From Propionibacteriaceae bacterium (GTDB lineage Bacteria > Actinomycetota > Actinomycetes > Propionibacteriales > Propionibacteriaceae): a stretch of 64,000 nt of DNA. Shown in pieces: positions 1-8,141 of this stretch; the first letter of the stretch is position 1, and each line of letters opens with the position of its first letter. The stretch is taken from contig JBGAIX010000011.1 in assembly GCA_044225235.1 (NCBI GenBank), positions 31,452 to 95,451 on the forward strand, in the 5' to 3' direction. A program made the position numbers and the translations under genes. A model generated the notes under the pieces. It saw only the letters and a list, made by a program, of their open reading frames with translations. It was not told the origin of the DNA and searched no databases.

Positions 1-873
1 CAGGTAGGAGAGCAGGTAGCGCACCTGCTGCAGGCAACTCTGCTCGTCGTCGAGGACGAAGGACGCCACCCCGGAGTGATTGGCGTGCAGGTCCGCACCA
101 CCCAGTTCCTCCAGGGTGATCGATTCGCCGGTCACCGCACGGACGACGTCCGGCCCGGTGATGAACATGTTCGAGGTGCCGCGCACCATGAAGACGAAGT
201 CGGTCAGCGCGGGTGAGTAGGCCGCGCCACCCGCACACGGGCCCAGCATCACGCTGATCTGCGGGATCACGCCCGACGCGCGGGTGTTGGCGGCGAAGAT
301 TCCCCCGAAGCCGGCCAGCCCGAGGATGCCCTCCTGGATGCGCGCGCCGCCGCCGTCGTTCAGCCCGATCACCGGGGCGCCGGTGGACTCGGCCAGCGCC
401 ATCAGCTTGTGGATCTTGCTCGCGAACCGCTCACCGAGTGCGCCACCGAAGATGCGGAAGTCATGGGCGAAGACGAAGACCTTGCGCCCCTCCACCAGAC
501 CCCAGCCGGTGACAACACCGTCGGTGTAGGGGCGCTTGTCGGCCATCCCGAATCCCGTGGCGCGGTGCCGGACGAGCGGCTGGAGCTCGACGAAGGTGCC
601 GGGATCGAGCAGCAGGTCGATACGCTCCCGCGCGGTCAGCTTGCCGCGCTTGTGCTGGTTTGCCGTGCCGGAGGGGTCCGTGCCCTGCGCGGCAGTCTGC
701 TTCTGCTCGGCCAGTGCGGCGTTCGCTTCCCGCATACTGCGAGCGGGACGGGCTGCCCGGACCGCGCCGCGTTCAGGGGCTGCCGGGGGCGCGAGGTGCA
801 GCGGGGGCTTGCCCGCGGCGAGGCTGCCCTCCAGACCTGGGGCCGGGTCACGTGGTGCTGGGTAGGCGGTCAC
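1..873 (-). CDS. acyl-CoA carboxylase carboxyltransferase (beta) subunit, AccD/PccB family; N-terminal part only, gene continues past the left edge
   Basis: Own minus-strand translation (absent from the ORF track because there is no stop inside the window): [96 protein letters not shown] at 871-873 has GGAG about 7 nt upstream. The in-frame ATG at 733-735 is an alternative start. Confidence 0.85.
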   Translation of the reverse strand, partial: MTAYPAPRDPAPGLEGSLAAGKPPLHLAPPAAPERGAVRAARPARSMREANAALAEQKQTAAQGTDPSGTANQHKRGKLTARERIDLLLDPGTFVELQPLVRHRATGFGMADKRPYTDGVVTGWGLVEGRKVFVFAHDFRIFGGALGERFASKIHKLMALAESTGAPVIGLNDGGGARIQEGILGLAGFGGIFAANTRASGVIPQISVMLGPCAGGAAYSPALTDFVFMVRGTSNMFITGPDVVRAVTGESITLEELGGADLHANHSGVASFVLDDEQSCLQQVRYLLSYL

Positions 874-988
874 GAGGTTCTCCAAGGTGCCGTGCGGGTG
901 TGACGCAACGCATAGATACCGACACCCGGGCGTTGATACGCACAGAAGTGCGCGATCGTGTGGGACACGCGTGGGAGACACTGAGGCC

Positions 989-1936
989 GTGCGCTACCCG
1001 CCGATCGAGCCGTACGCGGACGGCCTCCTCGACGTCGGGGACGGTCACCACATCTACTGGGAGGTGTCGGGCAACCCCGCCGGGAAGCCCGTGGTCGTGG
1101 TGCATGGTGGGCCGGGTAGCGGCTCCCGACCCGGGCCGCGGCGGTCCTTCGGCCCGGACCGCTATCGGATCGTGCAGTTCGATCAGCGCGGGTGCGGCAG
1201 GAGCACACCGCACGCGTCGGAGGTAGGCGCCGACCTGTCGCTCAACACGACGGCCCACCTGGTCGCGGACATGGAACTCCTCCGGCAGCACCTGGCGGTC
1301 GAGCGCTGGCTGGTCTTCGGCGGCTCGTGGGGCTCGACGCTCGCTCTGGTCTACGCCGAGCAGTTCCCCGAACGGGTGAGCGAGCTCATCCTGATCGGGG
1401 TCACGCTCGCGCGGTATGAGGATCTCGACTGGCTGTATCACGGAGTGCGGCGCTTCTTTCCGGAGGCGTGGGACGACTTTCGCCGGCTGGCGCCCGGTGC
1501 CGATACCGCCCACGCCCTGATGAGGGCGTATTCGGCGGCGATGGAGCAGCAGGCGACCCGTCTTGCCGCCGCTCAGGCCTGGTGCGCGTGGGAGGACGCC
1601 GTGCTCTCGACCGAGGACTACGGCAAGGCCGCTCCCTACAGTGACCGCGACCAGCGGGAACTGCTCGCGTTCGTCCGGATCTGCTCCCACTTCTTCCGGC
1701 ACCGGTGCTGGCTCGACGACGGACAGATCCTCCGTGATGCCGGGCGGCTGGCAGAGATTCCTGGCGTCTTGTTGCATGGACGACGCGACCTGAGTTCGCC
1801 GCTCTCGGGGCCGTGGGACCTCAGCAAAGCGTGGCCACGTGGTCGGCTGACGGTCTTCGACGCCGCGGGCCACAAGGGAGATCTGGCGATGGCCGAGGCG
1901 CTGCTCGCGGCGACTAGGGAGTTCGCCCGGAACTGA
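989..1936 (+). CDS. pip: prolyl aminopeptidase (proline iminopeptidase, S33 alpha/beta hydrolase)
   Basis: ORF track 887..1936. Motifs [26 protein letters not shown] and nucleophile elbow [10 protein letters not shown]. Start moved to the in-frame GTG at 989 (uncertain). Confidence 0.9.
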   Translation: MRYPPIEPYADGLLDVGDGHHIYWEVSGNPAGKPVVVVHGGPGSGSRPGPRRSFGPDRYRIVQFDQRGCGRSTPHASEVGADLSLNTTAHLVADMELLRQHLAVERWLVFGGSWGSTLALVYAEQFPERVSELILIGVTLARYEDLDWLYHGVRRFFPEAWDDFRRLAPGADTAHALMRAYSAAMEQQATRLAAAQAWCAWEDAVLSTEDYGKAAPYSDRDQRELLAFVRICSHFFRHRCWLDDGQILRDAGRLAEIPGVLLHGRRDLSSPLSGPWDLSKAWPRGRLTVFDAAGHKGDLAMAEALLAATREFARN

Positions 1937-1985
1937 GACCACCTCGGCTGATCCCCACGGCGTCAGTCCGTACCTGAAGGAGACG

Positions 1986-3302
1986 TCACGCCGACCGAGG
2001 CAGTCGTTCTGCCCGGCGGAGGCGCTGGCCGTAGCCGAGCGCACCAGCGGCTGCGGCGACCGGAGCCAGCAGGGCCCAGGCGAGGCCCGGGTAGCTGAGG
2101 GCAGCCAGAATCGGTCCGGCCAGCGCGCCGCCGAGTGCCCCGGCCAGGTTCATCGCCAGATCGCTGCGTCCCTGCAGCGATACTCGCGCCCCAGGCGGTG
2201 CCGAGTCGGTGAGCAACGACGCACCGGCGACTGTCGATGCGCTCCAGCCGAGGCCCAGGAGTGCTAGTCCGATCATCACCACGGTCGTGTTGTGGGCGGC
2301 GGTGGCCGTGGTGATGACGGCTGCCACCAGGAGGGTCTGGCCGATCGCGATGGTCGGCAGGCGGCCGAGTCGATCGGACACGATCCCGAAAACCGGCGAG
2401 AGCGCGAACATTCCGGCGATGTGCAGGCTGATGGTGAAGCCGACGATCGACAGTGTGGCTCCCTCGCCGACCAGGTGGACCGGCGTCATTGCCATCAACG
2501 CCACCATCGTTCCGTGACTGAGCGAGGTGACTGCAATGGCTATTCGGGCGAGCCTCGGGTCGGCGCGAACCGCCGGGCCGACGCCCGGTGTCGCCGCGTC
2601 GGCGGCACCGATGGAGCGGGAGACGAGCAGTGGGTCGGGCCGCAGGAACCCTGCATACAGCGCCGCCGCGAGCAGTTGGCAGCTGAGGGTGAAGACGAAC
2701 ACGCCGGCAAGGGACGGCAGCCCGAGCACGGTGCCGAACCGATCGCCCAGTGCGACCAGATTCGGTCCGGCGACCGCTCCGATGGTCGTTGACCAGACGA
2801 CCAGCGACAGGTCGCGACCACGCTGGCCCGGGGCCGACAGGTCGGTTCCGGCGAATCGGGACTGGAGGCCCGCAGCCGTGGCCGCACCCATCAACGCCAG
2901 CCCTAGAAAGAGCGCCGGTGCGCTACGCCCGACCATCGCGCCGATGCAGACTGCAGCACCGACGGCCGCGGTGACGGCGGCCGTGCTCAAAGAGATGCGA
3001 CGACCGCGGCGCATGGCGAGCCGGGCCAGCGGGAGCGCGAGCAGTGCGGCACCAAGGGTGGACATGGTCGCGGCCAGTCCTGACCACGCCGCCCCGGCCA
3101 TATCCACTGCGGCGAGCGCCCCGACTGCGACCGATGCGGCGAAGCCGAGGCCGGAGAGCACCTGGCCGATGCTCAGCAGGGTGAGCGTGCGGCGCTGCAG
3201 CGACCGGAGATCGACCTCCGTCGGCTCTGACGGCTCGGGATCGCGTGGCTGGGACGTCACAGGAGCATCATGTCTTCCCCGGCAGCCCGGCCCTCGCCCC
3301 AA
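1986..3302 (-). CDS. MFS transporter, substrate unknown
   Basis: 438-aa ORF with a polytopic Ala/Leu/Gly-rich hydrophobic profile typical of 12-TM MFS proteins. The N-terminal about 40 aa are hydrophilic, so the true start may be internal. Confidence 0.75.
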   Translation of the reverse strand: MGRGPGCRGRHDAPVTSQPRDPEPSEPTEVDLRSLQRRTLTLLSIGQVLSGLGFAASVAVGALAAVDMAGAAWSGLAATMSTLGAALLALPLARLAMRRGRRISLSTAAVTAAVGAAVCIGAMVGRSAPALFLGLALMGAATAAGLQSRFAGTDLSAPGQRGRDLSLVVWSTTIGAVAGPNLVALGDRFGTVLGLPSLAGVFVFTLSCQLLAAALYAGFLRPDPLLVSRSIGAADAATPGVGPAVRADPRLARIAIAVTSLSHGTMVALMAMTPVHLVGEGATLSIVGFTISLHIAGMFALSPVFGIVSDRLGRLPTIAIGQTLLVAAVITTATAAHNTTVVMIGLALLGLGWSASTVAGASLLTDSAPPGARVSLQGRSDLAMNLAGALGGALAGPILAALSYPGLAWALLAPVAAAAGALGYGQRLRRAERLPRSA

Positions 3303-3401
3303 CGGGAGTCGACGGACGAACTGGCACCGGAATGGTCACAGGATGGCGGGCTTCCCGTGCAGATCGGTGGACTCGATCGGTCTGGCTGGGAGAGTGGGAG
3401 A

Positions 3402-4295
3402 GTGACTGACCGGCCCGGGCATGGTGCGCGGCTGACGGCGGTTCTCGCGATCACCGTGGCCGTGCTGATCGCCCAGGTCGTCGGTGCCGTCGTCACCGGG
3501 AGCCTCGCGCTGCTCGCCGAGGCGGGTCACGTGCTGAGCGATGCCGCAGGATTGACGATGGCGCTGGCCGCGACGCGGCTCGCGGATCGACCGGCAACGA
3601 CGAGTCGCACCTGGGGCTACCGCCGGGCTGAGGTGCTCGCTGCTGCGCTCCAGGCGCTGCTCCTGCTCGGCGTCGGCTGCTATGTGGTCATTGAGGGCGT
3701 ACGCAGGCTCATCGATCCGCCGGATCTTGCATCGACAGGGATGCTCGTGTTCGGTGCAGTGGGTCTCGCCGGCAACGCGGCGTCCTTGCTGATCCTGACG
3801 TCGAGCCGGGCGGCGAACCTCAATCTCCGGGCCGCGTTCCTCGAGGTGCTCACCGATGCGCTCGGATCGGTCGCCGTGATCGTCGGTGCCCTCGTGATCG
3901 CGGCGACCGGGTGGACGCGCGCGGATCCGGTTGTCTCGCTGCTGATCGGGGCGTTCATTCTGCCGAGAACGATCCGCCTGTTGCGGGAATCCGGCGCGGT
4001 CCTGCTCGAGTCGACGCCGCAAGGCCTCGACTTGGACGAGGTCAAACGGCACATCCTCGCCGTCCCTCACGTGCGCGACGTCCACGATCTGCACGCCTCG
4101 CAGATCGCCACCGATCTCCCGGTGCTGACAGCACATGTCGTGTTGGACGACGAGTGCTTCTTCGACGGCCATGCGCCCGGGATGCTCGACCAGCTGCAAG
4201 CGTGCGTGGCCGAGCACTTCCCGGTCAGCGTTGAACACTCGACGTTCCAGTTCGAGCGTGCCGAGCATCTCGGTCACGAGTCCGGTCAGCATTGA
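3402..4295 (+). CDS. cation diffusion facilitator family metal efflux transporter (CzcD/ZitB-like)
   Basis: ORF track 3270..4295. Motifs SLALLAEAGHVLSDAAG, WGYRRAEVLAA, and C-terminal cytoplasmic domain with VRDVHDLHASQI. Start placed at GTG 3402 behind GGGAG. Confidence 0.88.
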   Translation: MTDRPGHGARLTAVLAITVAVLIAQVVGAVVTGSLALLAEAGHVLSDAAGLTMALAATRLADRPATTSRTWGYRRAEVLAAALQALLLLGVGCYVVIEGVRRLIDPPDLASTGMLVFGAVGLAGNAASLLILTSSRAANLNLRAAFLEVLTDALGSVAVIVGALVIAATGWTRADPVVSLLIGAFILPRTIRLLRESGAVLLESTPQGLDLDEVKRHILAVPHVRDVHDLHASQIATDLPVLTAHVVLDDECFFDGHAPGMLDQLQACVAEHFPVSVEHSTFQFERAEHLGHESGQH

Positions 4296-4341
4296 ACTGG
4301 GGTACGACCCGCCGTCCCGACGTCAGGTCGCGCCGCCGACG

Positions 4342-4737
4342 TCACTCCGGGGGAGTGGACTCCCACAGGCCCATCACGTTGCCCTCGGTGTCCTTGAAAT
4401 ATGCGAACGCCCCCATGCCGGGGATTGGCGTACGCGGCACGACGGTGCTGCCCCCGCCCTGCTCGATACTGCTGAGCGCCTCATCGATCGAATCGACGTC
4501 GACCGTGATCACCGGTGCGGGCGTCGCGTCGCTGCGCTCCATCATGCCGCCGTTGATCGCACCTGGCTCGGTCGGCATCCGCGTCTGCTCGTCCACTGCC
4601 GTCGTCATCACCGAGGTGTACTCGCCACCGCCCGGCATCGGCATCGTGTCGAGCTGCCAGCCGAACACGGCGTTGTAGAAGGACTTTGCCCGGCCGAGGT
4701 CTGCGGCGGGGATCTCGAAGTGCACCACTTTGCTCAT
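4342..4737 (-). CDS. VOC (glyoxalase/bleomycin-resistance fold) family protein
   Basis: The last 131 codons of the spurious 618-aa ORF 4342..6198 start at ATG 4735-4737: MSKVVHFEIPAADLGRAKSFYNAVFGW...GMGAFAYFKDTEGNVMGLWE, a typical VOC pattern. Confidence 0.85.
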   Translation of the reverse strand: MSKVVHFEIPAADLGRAKSFYNAVFGWQLDTMPMPGGGEYTSVMTTAVDEQTRMPTEPGAINGGMMERSDATPAPVITVDVDSIDEALSSIEQGGGSTVVPRTPIPGMGAFAYFKDTEGNVMGLWESTPPE

Positions 4738-4859
4738 GTTTGATTCCTTGTCTGCGTCAGTCCGCTGAGGTCCACTCTCGGTGGGGGACTCGGGGCTGTC
4801 AACGGAACTGGTTGGCGGGTACGTCAGGGTTGGGCGTGGGTTGAAGAGGCGAGTCGGTC

Positions 4860-5369
4860 TCAGGCTGTGCCTGGTCCGCGGCGGGCTTCGTGAGCGAACA
4901 TCTTGCCCTCCGGGTCGAGGCGCTTGAGCATCTGCACGGTGATCTCGGAGAGCTCGCTCAACTGCTCGTCCGTCAGGGCATCGACCACGTATCGGCGAAC
5001 CGTCTCGACGTGACCTGGTGCGGCGTGCACCACCTTCTGCCACCCCGCGGAGGTGAGTACTGCATTGGTTGCTCGACGATCCTGCGGACAGGGCTGCCGC
5101 ACGAGATAGCCGGCTTCCTCCAGGCGCGACACCACTCGGGACAGCCGCGGAAGGGTTGCGTTGGTCCGGCTGGCGAGCGTGGTCAGTCGCAGCGTCCGAT
5201 CGGGCGCCTCGGACAACATGGCGAGCGTGTAGTAATCGAAGTGCGTCAGCTGTTCGTCGCGGGTCAGCTGTGCGTCGAGCGCTGCGGGCAACAGTTCCAG
5301 GACTGCCGCGATCCGTAGCCACGCGACCTGTTGCTCGGCGGTCAGCCATCGCGGCTCGGTCATGTGCAC
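4860..5369 (-). CDS. MarR family transcriptional regulator
   Basis: 169-aa ORF with a winged-HTH core (LTTLASRTNATLPRLSRVVSRLEEAGYLVRQPCPQDRRA). Divergent from the 5446 oxidoreductase gene, with duplicated palindromes in between. Confidence 0.88.
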   Translation of the reverse strand: MHMTEPRWLTAEQQVAWLRIAAVLELLPAALDAQLTRDEQLTHFDYYTLAMLSEAPDRTLRLTTLASRTNATLPRLSRVVSRLEEAGYLVRQPCPQDRRATNAVLTSAGWQKVVHAAPGHVETVRRYVVDALTDEQLSELSEITVQMLKRLDPEGKMFAHEARRGPGTA

Positions 5370-5378
5370 AGTCTACCC

Positions 5379-5431
5379 AATAGTTGCATCTACAACCTTC
5401 GCCTGCTATCGTAATAGTTGTAGGTACAACC
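5379..5431. promoter_or_regulatory. two copies of a 19-bp motif AATAGTTG(C/T)A-NN-TACAACC, each an inverted repeat; candidate MarR operators
   Basis: Copy 1 at 5379-5397 is AATAGTTGCATCTACAACC. Copy 2 at 5413-5431 is AATAGTTGTAGGTACAACC, with perfect arms GTTGTA/TACAAC. Both lie in the 76-bp divergent intergenic region. Confidence 0.55.
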
Positions 5432-5445
5432 ATTGAGAGGAAATC

Positions 5446-6021
5446 ATGACTTCGGTAACCATCTTCGGCGCGGGCACCATGGGTCAGAACATCGGCAAGG
5501 TCCTGAGCGCGGGCGGGGCGAGCGTTTCCTATCGGGGCCGGGAGGATGTCGCGACGCCCATCGACGCGGAGGTCGTCGTGCTTGCGGTGCCCTACGCCGC
5601 GATCGCTGACATCGTCGACCGACACGGGTCCGAGCTGGCCGGCAAGATCGTGGTGGACATCACCAACCCGATCGACTTTGCCACCTTCGACCGCCTCGTC
5701 GTGCCGGCGGACAGCTCTGCTGCGGCGGTCGTTTCGGACGCCCTCCCGGAGGCTCGGGTCATCAAGGCCTTCAACACGAACTTCGGCGCCACGCTCGCTG
5801 CCGGAGCGGTGGGTGAGCAGGCCACCACCGTCCTGATTGCGGGTGACGATGCCGGCGCAAAGGCAACCCTCGGTGAACTCGTCACGGCCGGAGGCCTGCG
5901 GGCTGTCGACGCCGGGGAGCTCAAGCGGGCGCGGGAACTCGAGTCGCTCGCACTGCTCCAGATCACTCTCGCAGCCAAGGGCTCGATCGGCTGGACGGGC
6001 GGTTTCTCGCTGGTCAACTGA
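5446..6021 (+). CDS. NAD(P)-binding oxidoreductase, NADPH-dependent F420 reductase-like
   Basis: 191 aa. N-terminal Rossmann motif IFGAGTMGQNIG and overall NpdG/ProC-like pattern (VLAVPY..., KAFNT). GAGAGG SD precedes the ATG. Confidence 0.75.
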   Translation: MTSVTIFGAGTMGQNIGKVLSAGGASVSYRGREDVATPIDAEVVVLAVPYAAIADIVDRHGSELAGKIVVDITNPIDFATFDRLVVPADSSAAAVVSDALPEARVIKAFNTNFGATLAAGAVGEQATTVLIAGDDAGAKATLGELVTAGGLRAVDAGELKRARELESLALLQITLAAKGSIGWTGGFSLVN

Positions 6022-6026
6022 TCGCG

Positions 6027-7007
6027 TCATCGACTCGTCGCCCTCGTCTCGCCGAGTCGGTGCCTGCGCAGCAGGCGGCCGGCTCGGCGGGCGAGGTCGA
6101 GTGCGTACTCGCGCTCGACGTAGCTCCCTGACCGATACAGCTCCGCATAGCGGGGCGCGAGCGCGGGGTGGTGCTGAACGAGGTAGCGGAAGAACCACTC
6201 CCGAGCACCCGGGCGGAGGTGCAGGGCCATCACGGATGCCCGCGTCGCACCAGCATCAGCGACGACGTGTAGTAGCGCGTCGAGCGCATCGTCGCTGTCG
6301 GTGATGAGCGGGAGGACGGGTGCGACCAGCACGTTGCAGTGCAGGCCGGCGTCGACGATCGATCGGATCAGCTCGAGCCGAGAACGCGGCCCTGGTGCCC
6401 CCGGCTCCAGCTGGGACCGGATGGTCTCGTCGACCAGGGCCAGAGATACCCCGAGCTCCACCGAAACGCTCCGGGCCGCTGCCGCCAGGGTGGGCAAGTC
6501 GCGACGGAGCAAGGTCCCCTTCGTGAGGATCGAGAACGGCGTGCCGGCCTCGGTGAGCGCGGAGATGATCCCTGGCATCAGCCGGTATCGCCCTTCGCAG
6601 CGCTGATACGGGTCGGTGTTCGTCCCCAGCGCGACGCGCTCGCGCTGCCAGGTCGGCTTGTTGACTTCGCGTCGCAGCACGTCCGCGACATTGATCTTGA
6701 CGACGATCTGGGCGTCGAAGTCGGCGCCGCTATCGAGACCGAGGTAGGTGTGCGTGCCGCGCGCGAAGCAATACACGCAGCCGTGTGTGCATCCTCGATA
6801 GGGATTCACGGTCCAGCGGAAGGGGACCTGCGAGGCTGCCGGGATCCGGTTCAACGCCGAGCGTGCGAGCACCTCGTGGAACGTCACGCCGGCGAACTCC
6901 GGCGTCCGGACGGTACGCACGAGGCCCTGAGCAGTCAGGCCGGGGAGGGTCAATCCCGGCAGCGCCTGCTCCCCGACCCGGTCTATCGACTGCGTGTCCC
7001 ATCGCAC
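6027..7007 (-). CDS. radical SAM protein, Rv2578c/SplB-like (DNA-repair-photolyase-like) family
   Basis: 326 aa. Motifs NPYRGCTHGCVYCFAR (CxxxCxxC radical SAM cluster), ILTKG and other family-typical blocks. Confidence 0.85.
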   Translation of the reverse strand: MRWDTQSIDRVGEQALPGLTLPGLTAQGLVRTVRTPEFAGVTFHEVLARSALNRIPAASQVPFRWTVNPYRGCTHGCVYCFARGTHTYLGLDSGADFDAQIVVKINVADVLRREVNKPTWQRERVALGTNTDPYQRCEGRYRLMPGIISALTEAGTPFSILTKGTLLRRDLPTLAAAARSVSVELGVSLALVDETIRSQLEPGAPGPRSRLELIRSIVDAGLHCNVLVAPVLPLITDSDDALDALLHVVADAGATRASVMALHLRPGAREWFFRYLVQHHPALAPRYAELYRSGSYVEREYALDLARRAGRLLRRHRLGETRATSR

Positions 7008-7015
7008 CGTTGTAT

Positions 7016-7031
7016 TAAAACATACGTTCGA
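7016..7031. promoter_or_regulatory. SOS-box-like element TCGAAC-GTAT-GTTTTA (read on the minus strand)
   Basis: Located 9 nt upstream of the radical SAM GTG start. Matches the actinobacterial LexA consensus TCGAAC-N4-GTTCGA at 10 of 12 positions, with one mismatch in the GTTC core. Confidence 0.35.
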
Positions 7032-7325
7032 TTCTTACGCGCTGCCGCAGCCGACCCGTTCCCACCTTCGGGTCGGCCTTGTCGTTTGTGCGGAAGCCCA
7101 CGGTCATGCCGCAGACGACTGCAGCGAGCTAGGTGCCCGTTGAGCCTTCGCTGAGCTTGGAGCGTTCCTCAGGACCTCCCGGGGCCGCCGCCTGGTGCTG
7201 CTCAATCGGCCCTCGCGAACGTTGATCGAAGCCTTCTCGCCCCCTGATTGCAGCGCAGTCTGCGCTGAAGCTTGAAACCTCAACCTCTTGGTGTCGCCCA
7301 AATCCCCCGACACCAGGAGCGAACG

Positions 7326-8030
7326 ATGACGGTCTTCAGCCCCACCCTCACCGTTGACCTTCCCTTCTCCAGCAAGCTGCGTTCCGCCGCGTCCGTTGCG
7401 ACCAAGCGGAGCCTCGACATCGCTGGTGCGGTTGCCGGCCTGGTGCTGCTGGCGCCGCTCTTTGTTGCCGTCGCGCTGCTGGTCAAGATGACCGACCCGG
7501 CCGGGCCGGTGTTCTACCGGCAGAACCGCCTCGGTCTCGGGGGTCGCATGATCGGCGTCCTGAAGTTCCGCTCGATGCGGTGGGAGTTCTCCACCGGCCC
7601 GGACCGGCCCTACAAGACGGCCGAGCAGGCTTTCGAGGCGATGGGTCGCTCCGACCTGGTGGAGGAGTTCCGCGAGTCGCAGAAGGTCAGCGACGATCCC
7701 CGCGTCTCTCGCCTCGGTGCGTTCCTGCGCAAGACCAGCCTGGACGAGCTGCCCCAGCTGGTGAACGCGCTGCTCGGGCACCTGAGCCTCGTCGGCCCGC
7801 GGCCGATCATCCCGGCCGAACTCGAGCGCTATGGCACCTCCCGCGATGCCTTCCTGTCGGTGAAGCCGGGCATCACCGGCCTGTGGCAGGTCTCCGGCCG
7901 TAGCGACACGGGCTACGACGAGCGCGTCGCCCTCGACGTGCGCTACGTGCGTAGCCGGTCGCTCTGGATGGACCTGGCGATCCTCCTCCGCACGGTGCGC
8001 GTCGTGGTCGCCCGCGAGGGTGCGCGCTGA
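7326..8030 (+). CDS. small monotopic phosphoglycosyl transferase (bacterial sugar transferase, PglC/WbaP C-terminal type)
   Basis: ORF track 7272..8030. Start moved to ATG 7326 behind AGGAG. Motifs [69 protein letters not shown]. Confidence 0.88.
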   Translation: MTVFSPTLTVDLPFSSKLRSAASVATKRSLDIAGAVAGLVLLAPLFVAVALLVKMTDPAGPVFYRQNRLGLGGRMIGVLKFRSMRWEFSTGPDRPYKTAEQAFEAMGRSDLVEEFRESQKVSDDPRVSRLGAFLRKTSLDELPQLVNALLGHLSLVGPRPIIPAELERYGTSRDAFLSVKPGITGLWQVSGRSDTGYDERVALDVRYVRSRSLWMDLAILLRTVRVVVAREGAR

Positions 8031-8141
8031 GCCGCCCCCGCGTCCGCTAGGCGCAACCTCAGACCGCTTTCCCCCGAAGCGCAGCCGCCCCCCCGGCTTG
8101 CGGTTCGGGGTGGAGGCATTTTGGGGGGGTCGGCGCTGGGA

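Noticed and set aside
4342-6198. 618-aa minus-strand ORF
   Set aside because: Only its last 131 codons (the VOC protein, 4342..4737) look real. The rest runs across the MarR gene (same strand, another frame) and antisense to the plus-strand F420-reductase-like gene, with Arg/Pro/Ala-rich sequence typical of spurious high-GC ORFs.
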